DNA of 64,000 nucleotides, taken from positions 1,088,001 through 1,152,000 of the forward strand of contig CP143273.1 of assembly GCA_051013385.1 (NCBI GenBank), written 5' to 3'. The notes below the pieces were generated by a model. The model saw nothing but the letters and a program-made list of their open reading frames with translations, did no database searches and was not told the DNA's origin. Both the position numbers and the translations under genes were made by a program. The DNA is from Phormidium sp. (GTDB lineage Bacteria; Cyanobacteriota; Cyanobacteriia; Cyanobacteriales; Aerosakkonemataceae). Of the stretch, positions 43,401-52,621 are shown in pieces; position 1 is the first letter of the stretch; each line of letters starts with the position of its first letter.

Positions 43401-46400
43401 TTGTATCTGCTAAATCAAAAGGTTGAATAGCCTGTTGTTGGGCTAATTGAGCATAAGCAATTTCCCGTTCTGTTATTGATAAATGTTGCAAATCAACAAC
43501 TGATATTTTGCTATTCACTTCTGTTTTAATAATTGGCACGGGTTGACCATCAACAGTGATGAAGTTAGTGCGTAATACTTCGTGGCGATGAATAATTTCG
43601 GCTAAACTTTGTTCTAAGGCAGTAATTTTCAAGGTTCCGATTAGACGCAAAGCAATGGGAATGTTGTATAAGGCGCTATTTGGCTCCAACTGATCTAAGA
43701 ACCACAACCGACTTTGAGCATAAGATAATGGCAATTCTGCATTTTTGGCTCTGGGTAAAATAGGTGGAGCAGTTAATTCTAATTTTTGTTGCTTTAACTG
43801 CTGAATCAATTCGGCTAATTCTGCTATTGTTGGTGTAGTAAATAGACAGCGCAAGGGTATTTCTACTTGTAAGTTGGAACGGATGCGCGATACTAGTTGG
43901 GTTGCCATTAGGGAATGTCCGCCTAGTTCAAAGAAGTTATCATGAATGCTGATTTGCGGTAGTTGCAAAACTTGTGTCCAAGTGAGTAGTAACATTTCCT
44001 CGATCGGACTGCGAGGCGCAATAAATTTATCTTGGCGATCGCGTTCTAAATCCGCCACAGGCAAAGCACGGCGATTTACTTTACCATTGGGAGTCAAGGG
44101 CAATGATTCCATAATCACGAAAGCTGATGGCACCATGTATTCTGGCAGTTTTGCTTTCAGGAATTGCCTTAATTGGTCGATCGTTGGTGTCACTTGGGGA
44201 TCTGGGACGATGTAAGCGACGAGGAGTTTGTTTCCAGGGATGTCTTCACGAGCAATAACACAAGCAGTTTGTACGTCAGCTTTTTGGTTCAGTATTGCTT
44301 CAATTTCTCCTAATTCGATGCGAAAGCCCCGAATTTTTACCTGATTGTCGATCCGTTCTAGGTATTCAATATTGCCGTCTGGTAAATAGCGTGCTAGATC
44401 ACCTGTTTTGTAAAGGCGAGAATGGGCGATAGATTTCTGTTCTTTGTTGGTGAAGGGATTAGGGATAAATTTTTCTTCTGTCAATTCTGGTCGGTTGAAG
44501 TAGCCTCGTGCTAATCCAGCACCACCAATGTACAATTCTCCTGGTACACCTACAGGTACTGGTTGCAAATAGCGATCGAGCAGATAGATTTGTGTGTTAG
44601 ACAGAGGACGACCTAAAGGAACTGTTTGAGTACAAATATTTGATAGAGACTCTACCTTAAAAGTTAATACACCAACTGTAGTTTCTGTCGGGCCGTAATG
44701 GTTAAATATTTCGCACTCTGGGCTATGAGCTAAGATTTTTTCGACTAAACTCCAACTCGTTGCTTCACCTCCTAAGATTAATTTTCGCCAAGGTATTCGG
44801 GTTTCAGGTTGAACAGATGATAATAAAGCAGCTAAATGTGAAGGAACTATTTTGAGATAATCAAAAGGATTTTGTTGGCAATATTCTAAAAAGGCATGGG
44901 AATCAGAGATTCTTTCTTTTGATAAGATGTGCAGACAGCCGCCACTGGATAAACAAGGAAAGATAACAGTATTACCTAAATCTGCTGCAAAGGTTGAGGC
45001 TAGGGCATATCGTCCCCCTGGTTCAGGGAATACTCTTTCTTTGATTCCTTGTACATAATTAATTAGTTGTTTGTGTTCAACTGCTACCCCTTTAGCTTTA
45101 CCAGTCGAGCCAGAAGTGAAAATCACATAGATTAAATTATCGGGAGTGGTGGTATTTTCTGGATTATTTTCGTTTAATTGGGAAGTTTTTTGCCAATGAG
45201 AATCAAAAGAAATCACAGGGATTTCTTGCTTTGAGAATTTCTCAATTAATGAGTTTTGGGTTAAGATAACTTTTGCCTGAGTATCTGCAAGTATAAAATT
45301 CAAACGTTCTTGGGGAGAATCAGGATCGAGGGGAAGGTATGCACCACCTGCTTTCAGAATTCCCCATAGCCCGATAATCATTTCTAGGGAGCGTTCTACA
45401 CAAATCCCAACTAATACATCTGCTTTTACACCCAATTCAATTAAGTAATGAGCTAATTGATTAGCACGATGATTTAATTCTTGATAAGTCAGTTGTTGAT
45501 TTTCAAATACTACGGCTACTGCATCAGGGTTGCTAGATACCTGTTGCTGAAATAACTGATGGATACACTTATCTTGAGGATAATCAACTTGGGTTTTGTT
45601 CCATTCAATTAATAACTGCTGTGCTTCTGTTTGAGTTAGTAGAGGTAATTGGGAAATTTGCTGCTGAGGATTATTAACGATAGCTTCTAGCAAGCTGACG
45701 AAATGACCGGACATTCTGGCGATCGTTGTTGCTGCAAACAAGTCAATATTGTATTGCCAACAGATCTGAAAAATTCCGTCAGTTTCCATGACCATCAAAT
45801 TTAAGTCCAAATCTGCACCGCGTTGATGTTTAAATAAATAAGGTTTCATCTCTAACGGTGGTTCTTGAAGAATGGATAAATCTTCTATTGATTCAAGCCC
45901 AGTTTGTGAGTGCCAGTTAAAACCTACTTGCCAGGTAAAACCAATTTGACACAAGGGAGGACGACTAGCATCTCGCTGCTGTTGAAGTTTCTCAGCTAAA
46001 AGAGAGAAAGGATAATGTTGATGCTTTTGAGCTTCTTTTACAGTGTTACTAACTTGAGTTGAAAATTCTTGGAATGTAGCATTCTCTTGTATAGTAGTTC
46101 GTAATACAACGCGGTTCACAAAATAGCCAATTACTTCTTTAAATTCTTTATTACTACGACCTCTCATGGGAGTGCCGATGAGGATGTCTTTTTGCTCAGT
46201 ATATCGATAAATTAGTATATAAAATGCTGTTAGTAAAAGTTGATAAAGACTTGTTCCAGAGACTAGTGCGAGATTGCTAAGTTTTTGAGTTAAATCTCGA
46301 TCGAGGTGAAGAATATGTCCTTCTCCTTGATAAGTTTGCACAGGTGGGCGGGGTTTGTCCGTAAATAAGTTCAAAATTGGCAATTCTCCTGCTAACTTTT

Positions 46401-46998
46401 TTTGCCAGTATTGCCAAAGTTTTTCCCCTCGCGCCCCCGACAGCATTTCTATCTGCCAGTTAACAAAATCTGTATAATATTTGCCTGGTTTATTGCTGCT
46501 AATAGGAAGTCCATTTATTTCTCGAATATAAGCTGTTTGAAATTCACAAAGTAGTAAATCAACAGTCCGCATATCTCCGGCAATGTGGTGCATGGTTAGC
46601 AAGAGAATGTGTTCTTTTGCCGATCGAGTAAATAGATGAATCCGCAAAAGTGAATCGGTTTCTAGGTTAAAAGGGCGATCGGTTTCTTCAAAAATCTTCT
46701 CTTTTAACTCATCTTCATTCCAGCCGGAAGCATCTATTACTTCAACTTGAAATTTATGTCGATCGTTAACTCGCTGAACAGGTTTGTCTTGGTGGGTAGT
46801 ATATGTAGTTCGGAGAATAGGATGGCATTCAACAATCTTATTCCATACATTAATAAATGTATCAATATTTATATATGAATTAATTTTTGTTGTGGTAAAT
46901 ATGTTATATGCTACATTTTCTGGAGCCATTTGGTAGATAAACCAAAGGGCTTGTTGGTTATAAGAAAGAGGATAAGTTTTTGTTACTTTTCTGTTCAT
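40486..46998 (-). CDS. apdA: Two-module starter NRPS: C(starter)-A(Asp)-T, C-A(Thr)-T
   Basis: N-terminal C domain (HHIAGD); codes read as DLTKIGHVGK (Asp/Asn class) and DFWNIGMVHK (Thr); TAATG overlap with the next gene. Confidence 0.88.
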   Translation of the reverse strand: MNRKVTKTYPLSYNQQALWFIYQMAPENVAYNIFTTTKINSYINIDTFINVWNKIVECHPILRTTYTTHQDKPVQRVNDRHKFQVEVIDASGWNEDELKEKIFEETDRPFNLETDSLLRIHLFTRSAKEHILLLTMHHIAGDMRTVDLLLCEFQTAYIREINGLPISSNKPGKYYTDFVNWQIEMLSGARGEKLWQYWQKKLAGELPILNLFTDKPRPPVQTYQGEGHILHLDRDLTQKLSNLALVSGTSLYQLLLTAFYILIYRYTEQKDILIGTPMRGRSNKEFKEVIGYFVNRVVLRTTIQENATFQEFSTQVSNTVKEAQKHQHYPFSLLAEKLQQQRDASRPPLCQIGFTWQVGFNWHSQTGLESIEDLSILQEPPLEMKPYLFKHQRGADLDLNLMVMETDGIFQICWQYNIDLFAATTIARMSGHFVSLLEAIVNNPQQQISQLPLLTQTEAQQLLIEWNKTQVDYPQDKCIHQLFQQQVSSNPDAVAVVFENQQLTYQELNHRANQLAHYLIELGVKADVLVGICVERSLEMIIGLWGILKAGGAYLPLDPDSPQERLNFILADTQAKVILTQNSLIEKFSKQEIPVISFDSHWQKTSQLNENNPENTTTPDNLIYVIFTSGSTGKAKGVAVEHKQLINYVQGIKERVFPEPGGRYALASTFAADLGNTVIFPCLSSGGCLHILSKERISDSHAFLEYCQQNPFDYLKIVPSHLAALLSSVQPETRIPWRKLILGGEATSWSLVEKILAHSPECEIFNHYGPTETTVGVLTFKVESLSNICTQTVPLGRPLSNTQIYLLDRYLQPVPVGVPGELYIGGAGLARGYFNRPELTEEKFIPNPFTNKEQKSIAHSRLYKTGDLARYLPDGNIEYLERIDNQVKIRGFRIELGEIEAILNQKADVQTACVIAREDIPGNKLLVAYIVPDPQVTPTIDQLRQFLKAKLPEYMVPSAFVIMESLPLTPNGKVNRRALPVADLERDRQDKFIAPRSPIEEMLLLTWTQVLQLPQISIHDNFFELGGHSLMATQLVSRIRSNLQVEIPLRCLFTTPTIAELAELIQQLKQQKLELTAPPILPRAKNAELPLSYAQSRLWFLDQLEPNSALYNIPIALRLIGTLKITALEQSLAEIIHRHEVLRTNFITVDGQPVPIIKTEVNSKISVVDLQHLSITEREIAYAQLAQQQAIQPFDLADTNLLRTTLVVLSETEQILLVCMHHIVSDGWSRGVLIQELATLYNSYTQDRPSDALTTKIPLEPLPIQYADFAIWQKQWLQGEVLQTQLNYWQQQLADAPPLLLLPTDRPRPAIQTFTGVHQEFTLSVELTQRLTKLSQEQGVTLFMTLLAAFDTLLYRYTGQSDILVGSPIANRNRSEIEKLIGCFINTLVLRADLSGNPSFKELLTRIRDVAMDSYTYQDLPFELLVETLQPERNLSHTPLFQVMFVLQNAPMPDIELTGLTMSYLPTENATAKFDLTLSMENRTTGLLGVWEYNTDLFDTANATLRERTTIERMTGHFMTLLESIVAHPEQQISQLPLLTEIEQKQLLIEWNNTQTAYPSDKCLHQLFEEQVEQTPDAVAVVFEKQQLTYRELNNRANQLAHYLHTLGIGADVLVGICVERSLEMLVGILGILKAGGAYVPLDSEYPTERLSFMLEDSQVSVLLTQAKLVESLPKHQAQVVCLDTDWNTISQNSKSNPQNPATYNNLAYVIYTSGSTGKPKGVLVNHCNVVRLFAATNDWYNFNTQDVWTLFHSYAFDFSVWEIWGALLYGGRLVIVPYLVTRSPESFYQLLINEKVTVLNQTPSAFRQLISAEESIATTDELKLRLVIFGGEALELKSLQPWFERHGDTMPQLVNMYGITETTVHVTYRQLSLADLNGSASVIGRPIPDLKVYVLDEHLQPVPIGVKGEMYVGGAGVTRGYLNRHELTAERFISSPFDDVKLYKTGDLARYLPNGELEYLGRIDNQVKIRGFRIELGEIEAALAQHPAIRENVVVVREDEPGDKRLVAYVVAKGESSLQVIELRQFLTDRLPAYMIPNAIVVLESLPLTANGKIDRRALPKPDLNSQLLDKYVAPRSPTEERLAEIWAQVLKVERVGINDNFFALGGHSLLATQLVSRIRDRFKIEFRLRELFNTATLAELAEAIEKLQHQKPETSNVNTRRIVPRNKR
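42478..42501. repeat. 24-nt small dispersed repeat inserted in frame
   Basis: TTCGCGTAGCGTTGCGTTAGCAGT splits GCG^ATCGA (HIP1-like) and adds TANATLRE to the conserved DLFDxxTIERM segment. Confidence 0.75.
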
Positions 46999-47069
46999 TA
47001 TAACTCCTGTAAATTTCGACTATCTTGATCACAACCCTACAACTCTATGAAGAGTAGGTAAGCAATACC

Positions 47070-47651
47070 TTAAATTACACAAGGATCGTAGTACTCCTTT
47101 ACTGGGTAAATACTGGTCAACTCTTGGCTTTTAATCAAATATATACCACTAACATTTTTGAGATCTTCTGCTAACAATTCTTCTATTCTTTCTTGTAACA
47201 TCTTAAGTTCTGTATCAGTGGTTGGAGAGGGAGGACAGATACAGACTAAGAAAGGATTTGTCGATCGCATTCTAGCAGTTTTCAAGGCACTGCCAAAATC
47301 CTTGAGAATTTGCTCTATTTGGGCTATTTTTTGTCCTAATTGCTGTGATAGTAGATTGTGTTTATCACGTAAGCGATCGCCAATAATTTGTGCTTTCAGA
47401 GCATCGTCAACTCTCAATTGGAGACGCTTCTCGGTTCCTTGCCAATCCTCAAACCTAACTAGAACTACATTAACTCCTTTTTGATTGGTAGCTAAAAGAC
47501 TAGCTGGATTGAGCAGTTCTTGAAATACTTGGTTGTAGGGAGCAAATTCTATGGGATAAGATAATCCCATTTCTTGAAGCCAATAAGATAAGGACTCTTC
47601 AATTAGTTCCCTACTATATGTAGCTGTGATTAGAATTTTTTCTTTAAGCAT
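47070..47651 (-). pseudogene. N-terminal fragment of an FkbH-type (glyceryl-loading) protein
   Basis: ITATYS...IEFAPYNQVFQELL...NVVLVRFEDW; stops at YYDP, before the HAD catalytic domain. Confidence 0.65.
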
Positions 47652-47822
47652 ATATATCTGAATTCTGTGTTACTGTAAGGCATTTAATCGCTATTACAAA
47701 ATATTCTATTAGATTTCAAGAAAATGCAATACAGTCCAAAATTGTCCAATTGTCAATTGGCTCTTACGCTCTTATTGTTACTATTTCTTAAGCATACGTA
47801 TAATTTTTTCCTTAGTATCTCT

Positions 47823-47859
47823 GTTTAGACTATGGCACTTTTAGTGCCATAGTCTAAAC
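47823..47859. repeat. Perfect 17-bp-arm palindrome upstream of the NRPS cluster
   Basis: GTTTAGACTATGGCACT-TTT-AGTGCCATAGTCTAAAC. Confidence 0.8.
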
Positions 47860-47948
47860 TCCAGAACATTTTAGAAGTGCCACTAGTAGCATTAAAAAGC
47901 ATACCTATTGGTAATCGGTAATTAGTTAAATATGCTACCTTAGCATAC

Positions 47949-48139
47949 GGCTCTTTCGGGTTAATGGGGAAAAATGTTCATATATGTTACAAACTAGGGA
48001 AACGGTGCGTATAGCCTACGGCATTCAAGAAAAGGCACGGGAATTTATTTATGGGTTGAAATGCTGAATTTATCGCCCGTGCCTAACACACCAAATCAGT
48101 TAAATAAGATTTTGTTATCACCATAAATCCGGGAGAGCC
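47949..48139. mobile_element. ISL3-type MITE
   Basis: Ends GGCTCTTTCGGGTTAATGGGGAAAA and TTATCACCATAAATCCGGGAGAGCC (19/25 as inverted repeats), similar to the 7866-8095 ends. No target duplication. Confidence 0.65.
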
Positions 48140-49172
48140 ATAAAGGTGGTACAGAATTTCCTACTTGTCGAAATCCACACAAAATTGTGGGATGAAATCG
48201 AAACCAATCTGGAAAAGAATGTAATCGCGCACCTTCTCTAACAGTGATGCACCGGGGTTGATGTGGATGAATTGGTCTGGGCGCGGTATGGTTCCCTCGA
48301 TCGCTTCCACTCCCAGCCCTTAAAGTTGGTGCAAGTCCAAACGGATTCAGTTTGTGAAAATGACTGATTGGTTCGATTCGTCCCGGTGGAGTTTTGGCAA
48401 ATCGAGCGATCGATTCTGGGTTGTGTGAAGAGCGTTTGCTGTTGGTTAACAGATTTGGGTTGAATATTCTGGCATTATCCCATCGCAGAAACACCGCATA
48501 AGGATTGTCTGTGTGCCAATTCAATTCAATGGAATCGCTATGAAGTAATTCCGGGTAGTTGCTGATTTCCGGTAAATCATCGATCGCATCCCATACCGTT
48601 GGCGGCATTTTTTGAATGGGTTGTGGATAAATTGGTAAATCGCAACCACGTTTAGCACCAATCAGAAACAATCGCTTTCGATTTTGCGGCACTCCGTAAT
48701 GTGCAGCATTGAGAATAACAGGCGTGAGAACTACATAATTACTATTCCACAATTGGTCAATTACCCCATCTAAATATTGCCGATGAGAACCCATCATTAA
48801 TCCCGGCACGTTTTCCATAATGAAGTAGTCAGCCCCCAGTTCTGCAACCAACCGAACGAAGTGAAAGACTAACTTGTTGCGATCGTCTTCTTGCCGTCTT
48901 CTGCCGATTAGTGAGAATCCCTGACAAGGCCGACTGCCTGCCACCAAATTGATTTTGCGCTCCCCGATTCCAGAGGAGCTTCTTAACTCAACAGCAGTAA
49001 GATCTGTGATGTCTGTGCAAACAACTGGGCTATGAGGAAAGTTTAGTTTGTGGGTTTGGCAATTGATGCGATCGACATCGACAGCTGCTACTACATCAAA
49101 TCCTGCTTGTTCCAAGCCAAGCGACATCCCTCCGGCTCCACAGAATAAATCGATCGCTGTTGGTCTACTCAT
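48096..49172 (-). CDS. dcm: C5 DNA cytosine methyltransferase; C-terminus replaced by MITE sequence
   Basis: DLFCGAGG, PCQGFS, MENVPG, QNRKR, REGARLHSFPD, QVGNSVPP; the last ~14 codons come from the MITE. Confidence 0.88.
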   Translation of the reverse strand: MSRPTAIDLFCGAGGMSLGLEQAGFDVVAAVDVDRINCQTHKLNFPHSPVVCTDITDLTAVELRSSSGIGERKINLVAGSRPCQGFSLIGRRRQEDDRNKLVFHFVRLVAELGADYFIMENVPGLMMGSHRQYLDGVIDQLWNSNYVVLTPVILNAAHYGVPQNRKRLFLIGAKRGCDLPIYPQPIQKMPPTVWDAIDDLPEISNYPELLHSDSIELNWHTDNPYAVFLRWDNARIFNPNLLTNSKRSSHNPESIARFAKTPPGRIEPISHFHKLNPFGLAPTLRAGSGSDRGNHTAPRPIHPHQPRCITVREGARLHSFPDWFRFHPTILCGFRQVGNSVPPLWLSRIYGDNKILFN

Positions 49173-49567
49173 ACTGGAATTGCCCGCTCAAGTAATCTAA
49201 TCTTGGTTGGTGGCAATGAATTTTCTTGGACAAATCCCTTAGCTTTTGGCGATTTAAACGATTCTGGTGTTGATAATAATTCCCTGGATAATTCTGTTTT
49301 ATGACAAGTTTCATCACTGAATTTATTTGATTCAACTCTTTCGACAAACCAACCACCTTTTTTCGTAAATAAAATTATTTGGTTAATCCCCAGTTGACAA
49401 ATTTCAGGAATTAATAAAATTTTATAGGTTTCAATAATTGCCAGTTCCTTTTCCGCATCTCTATGTTTAAGATTGGTCACAAATATATCAGCCTCTCCAT
49501 GCAATAATTCAGAATTGTCAGATAACAAACGTTGTTTTAATTCTGCCCAGAATTCTCTATGTTTCAT
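49169..49567 (-). CDS. Hypothetical protein
   Basis: 132-aa ORF overlapping both neighbours in an operon-like array. Confidence 0.6.
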   Translation of the reverse strand: MKHREFWAELKQRLLSDNSELLHGEADIFVTNLKHRDAEKELAIIETYKILLIPEICQLGINQIILFTKKGGWFVERVESNKFSDETCHKTELSRELLSTPESFKSPKAKGFVQENSLPPTKIRLLERAIPV

Positions 49568-50147
49568 ATTTTTGACCTACCAAATGTGGCTCAACCCAGA
49601 TATTTTTTATCTGTACCCGACCTGCCCCCACTCGTTGACTTCTCCAATGCCCTCGTCGCTCATGTTGAATTGGTGATTTGCGGTTTGGATGTGTAGATGA
49701 GTTATTATTTTTTTCAGTAAAAGTTGCTGTTTTTGGTTGGTAATTCCATCCAATCCATCTGGGATTTTGCGTTGGATTGGAACTGGTTGTAATCGCTTTA
49801 AATCCAACTCCACTTGGCGTTGATTCTTTGGGAGTGTAAATCTGTAACCACAATAAACATTGAATGGCGATCGATAACAATTTATTAATAAATTCTTCTT
49901 CTGGACTTGAGAGCGAACTTTCTCGGAAAGGCAACTTATTTTCGTTTGTTCTCTCTAACGAACACCCAGAAAAATACAGCGTTGCATCCCCAACTGCTGT
50001 GAATATTTGCAACATATCTTCTGGGTAAGTATTAAATATCCGTTGTGGTTTGTGTAGTTGAATTGTGGAAACTTCACCTTTGAGCCGATGGGCAAATATT
50101 ATCCAATTTACCGGATATCCATCTGATAATTGATTCAAAGTGTCCAT
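49557..50147 (-). CDS. Hypothetical phage/plasmid-type protein
   Basis: C-terminal HERRGHWR...IWVEPHLVG motif typical of uncharacterised phage proteins. Confidence 0.65.
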   Translation of the reverse strand: MDTLNQLSDGYPVNWIIFAHRLKGEVSTIQLHKPQRIFNTYPEDMLQIFTAVGDATLYFSGCSLERTNENKLPFRESSLSSPEEEFINKLLSIAIQCLLWLQIYTPKESTPSGVGFKAITTSSNPTQNPRWIGWNYQPKTATFTEKNNNSSTHPNRKSPIQHERRGHWRSQRVGAGRVQIKNIWVEPHLVGQKYET

Positions 50148-50171
50148 AAGTCAAGAACCAAACATCAGAAT

Positions 50172-50190
50172 CAAAAAGCGAAGCATTAGC
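50172..50190 (-). promoter_or_regulatory. Template-strand GCGAAGC motif, copy 1
   Basis: CAAAAAGCGAAGCATTAGC; GCG begins 31 nt from ATG 50147. Function is inferred. Confidence 0.6.
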
Positions 50191-50223
50191 TAAAAATTAA
50201 GACCCAGGAAAATTCCTGAGTCT
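50191..50223 (-). terminator. Intrinsic terminator of 50231-51172
   Basis: Stem AGACCCAGGAA/TTCCTGAGTCT just after the stop codon, followed by a T-rich run on the minus strand. Confidence 0.6.
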
Positions 50224-50230
50224 GAAATCA

Positions 50231-51172
50231 CTAAGATTTAGGTTTCAACAAATTAACTAATGCTTTTGGTAATTGTGGCGCATCATCATCTTCGCCTGGT
50301 GGTAGAGCAGATTTGATGGGTTCATCAATGCCACTCAAAGCAAATCCAGCTGCATTCATATCGAACAATTCCCAAACGGCATTCTTTTTGTCTTTGCTTC
50401 CCAAAAACCAAGTTTTCAGGTTTTCGATCGCAGGCTGGTCATATTTCTCGACTTTGCAGCAATAGGATTTATTACCGCCTTCACCTTCTTTGATGCCTTT
50501 GAAGTCACAGCGAAACACAACAAGAGAACGCCAGCGATCGTTCTTTCCACTAGCACGAAGTCCAGTCACCTTAGAAAATGCTAATTCAGCAGCCGAATAG
50601 CTTTCATCTAAAGTTTCTTTTAAACTCCACAAAGCAACATTTTTGAATCTGATTCGGATTGGTCGCTGATGTAAGAATTCATTGCGATCGTTCAAGAACA
50701 TAATTAAATGCTCACTAACAGCATCCATGATTTTCTTATCAAGCAGATGCTTGTTTTCTTCGTACCAACCGATCGCACTTAACGCTAAACTAACATCGCC
50801 GCCATGCTCTTTTAAGCTTTCTTCATTCTTGTAACGGATGTAAGGTTCAATTCGTCCCAGCACAATGAATCGCGCCGAAGTCAAAAATACACCTTTCTCT
50901 TTGCCACCAGCTAAGTCCAGTTCAACCAATTCCGGTGTACCAATCCAACCAGCTTTGCTGAGGTTCTTTTCGGGAATGAATAAACCTGCTGGGTTATCGT
51001 TAACGACAATTCCATAAGTGAGTCGGGGAACTCGCGGAGAATTGAATTCTTCATCCAGCAATTCTGAATCGATTTCAAATTCAGCAGCGATGTTTTGTTC
51101 AGCGTCAATGTTTTCAGTTTGAGCAGTGTTTTCAGTTTGAGCAGTGTTTTCAGTTGATTTCTTAGTAGCCAT
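50231..51172 (-). CDS. Hypothetical protein, DUF5895-like
   Basis: GLFIPEKNLSKAGW and related blocks recalled from cyanobacterial mobile-element proteins; N-terminal TENTAQ tandem repeat. Confidence 0.55.
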   Translation of the reverse strand: MATKKSTENTAQTENTAQTENIDAEQNIAAEFEIDSELLDEEFNSPRVPRLTYGIVVNDNPAGLFIPEKNLSKAGWIGTPELVELDLAGGKEKGVFLTSARFIVLGRIEPYIRYKNEESLKEHGGDVSLALSAIGWYEENKHLLDKKIMDAVSEHLIMFLNDRNEFLHQRPIRIRFKNVALWSLKETLDESYSAAELAFSKVTGLRASGKNDRWRSLVVFRCDFKGIKEGEGGNKSYCCKVEKYDQPAIENLKTWFLGSKDKKNAVWELFDMNAAGFALSGIDEPIKSALPPGEDDDAPQLPKALVNLLKPKS

Positions 51173-51200
51173 GTTGATTCATTGATAAAAGGTCAAAGTG

Positions 51201-51218
51201 CAAAAGCGAAGCATCAGC
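51201..51218 (-). promoter_or_regulatory. Template-strand GCGAAGC motif, copy 2
   Basis: CAAAAGCGAAGCATCAGC; 34 nt from ATG 51172. Confidence 0.6.
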
Positions 51219-51475
51219 GTGAAGTTAGAGTAATAGTTGTTAAACCATTACCCTAAAACCTCCCAACTAAATTGGTAAATTCAAATCAATATCTACCAAC
51301 GGGAACTTACTTTGTTTAATTAGCGATCGCATCCGTTCACCCAACCCTGGTTTCCCATTGGTTCCAGAAAATGAGTAATCAAACCATTGATTATCAGATT
51401 CCGTTGATTCAAAATACAAATGTTAGTGATGAGAGGAAAGCAACCAGCATATAAACTACTTTCCTCTGTTTAAAG

Positions 51476-52558
51476 TTAGAACAAACTTAATTGGTCGCCT
51501 TGGATTCCCTTGAACTGGTGAATCTGTTTAGGTTTGATTTGACTTGGTTTTGGTTGATTAACTTTTTGGCTCAAAACCTGACCAAAGTTATAGGTATAGC
51601 CATCAGATTTATGTAAGTGACGACAATACTTGTGACTGATTCCTTGAACAGTATCAGTTTTGGTTTTGACATTGAAATTGCCAGTTTTACGAACCGCAAC
51701 TCTGCCAACATAAGTACCTAGCTTTTTACCTTTGGTAACTACAGCTTTGACAATATCGCCAGTCATAAAGCCGTAAAACGATTTCTGTCTGAGTTTAGGA
51801 GAAGTACGAGGAAAACCATACTTATCTGGCTTAACCATTTGACGTGAACCGCGCCCCATAGCCTTAATAATTAATGGTTGATAACCAGTGATATTGAGAC
51901 TGTTAGGAGTAGACTGTCCAACACAAGCTGCATCTGTCCAGTGACTTTTGGTGATATTTAAACGCTGGCGATTATATTTAGTTAAGCCACCAGAACCTAA
52001 TTCAACAGGTAAGCTTGTAGATTCAAGAACTTCCTTTAATTTCCATCGCGTAGCATTGACAGCCGCCGCATCAGCTAATGGTTGTTTTCGTTGTTTCTCA
52101 ATTTTGGCAAGAATATCTAAGCGATCGCTTAGAAACTCAGCAGGCAATTTATCTCCTTTAGCCTGATTACATTCAACACAAGATAAGACCAAGTTACTAA
52201 CTCGATCGCTACCACCCTTTGACTTTGGATGAAAATGGTCTAAGTTAAAAGGTTTGTTAGTAGCACCACAATAAACGCAGGTATGGTTAAACTTTTCAAG
52301 CAAATATTGTCTAACCTCATAACCCCAAAGTTCACCACGTTGATACTCAACCCCATTAACTTCAGGATTTACCATTTTCTGAGTGTCAAACTTAACCAAT
52401 CGTCCTGATGGGTTAGATAAAACTATTCTGTTCTTTGGTAGTGATTCAGAAATTGAGAGAGCTTCAGCGATCGCATCTGGCATTAGCATATCGATTTGAT
52501 GGCTGATTTTCTCAAGTTCAACTCTCAAGGATATTAATTCTGTCAGGGCTGAATTCAT
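51476..52558 (-). CDS. iscB: Chimeric, N-terminally truncated IscB (HNH, RuvC-III and C-terminal domain)
   Basis: VKFDTQ, CVYCG...DHFHPKSKGGSDRVSNLVLSCVECN, SHWTDAAC, GRGSRQ, TGDIVKA. PLMP, RuvC-I and bridge helix are absent, replaced by ~53 unrelated residues. Confidence 0.85.
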   Translation of the reverse strand: MNSALTELISLRVELEKISHQIDMLMPDAIAEALSISESLPKNRIVLSNPSGRLVKFDTQKMVNPEVNGVEYQRGELWGYEVRQYLLEKFNHTCVYCGATNKPFNLDHFHPKSKGGSDRVSNLVLSCVECNQAKGDKLPAEFLSDRLDILAKIEKQRKQPLADAAAVNATRWKLKEVLESTSLPVELGSGGLTKYNRQRLNITKSHWTDAACVGQSTPNSLNITGYQPLIIKAMGRGSRQMVKPDKYGFPRTSPKLRQKSFYGFMTGDIVKAVVTKGKKLGTYVGRVAVRKTGNFNVKTKTDTVQGISHKYCRHLHKSDGYTYNFGQVLSQKVNQPKPSQIKPKQIHQFKGIQGDQLSLF

Positions 52559-52621
52559 GATACAATATCTCCATTACACAAGGTTTTCCAATGGTTTCCA
52601 TGACTGGTTTACCCAGTCTTT

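Noticed and set aside
22755..44215. Short + strand ORFs within the NRPS genes, and similar shadow ORFs elsewhere
   Set aside because: They are antisense or off-frame to strong genes; their recurrence reflects module paralogy.
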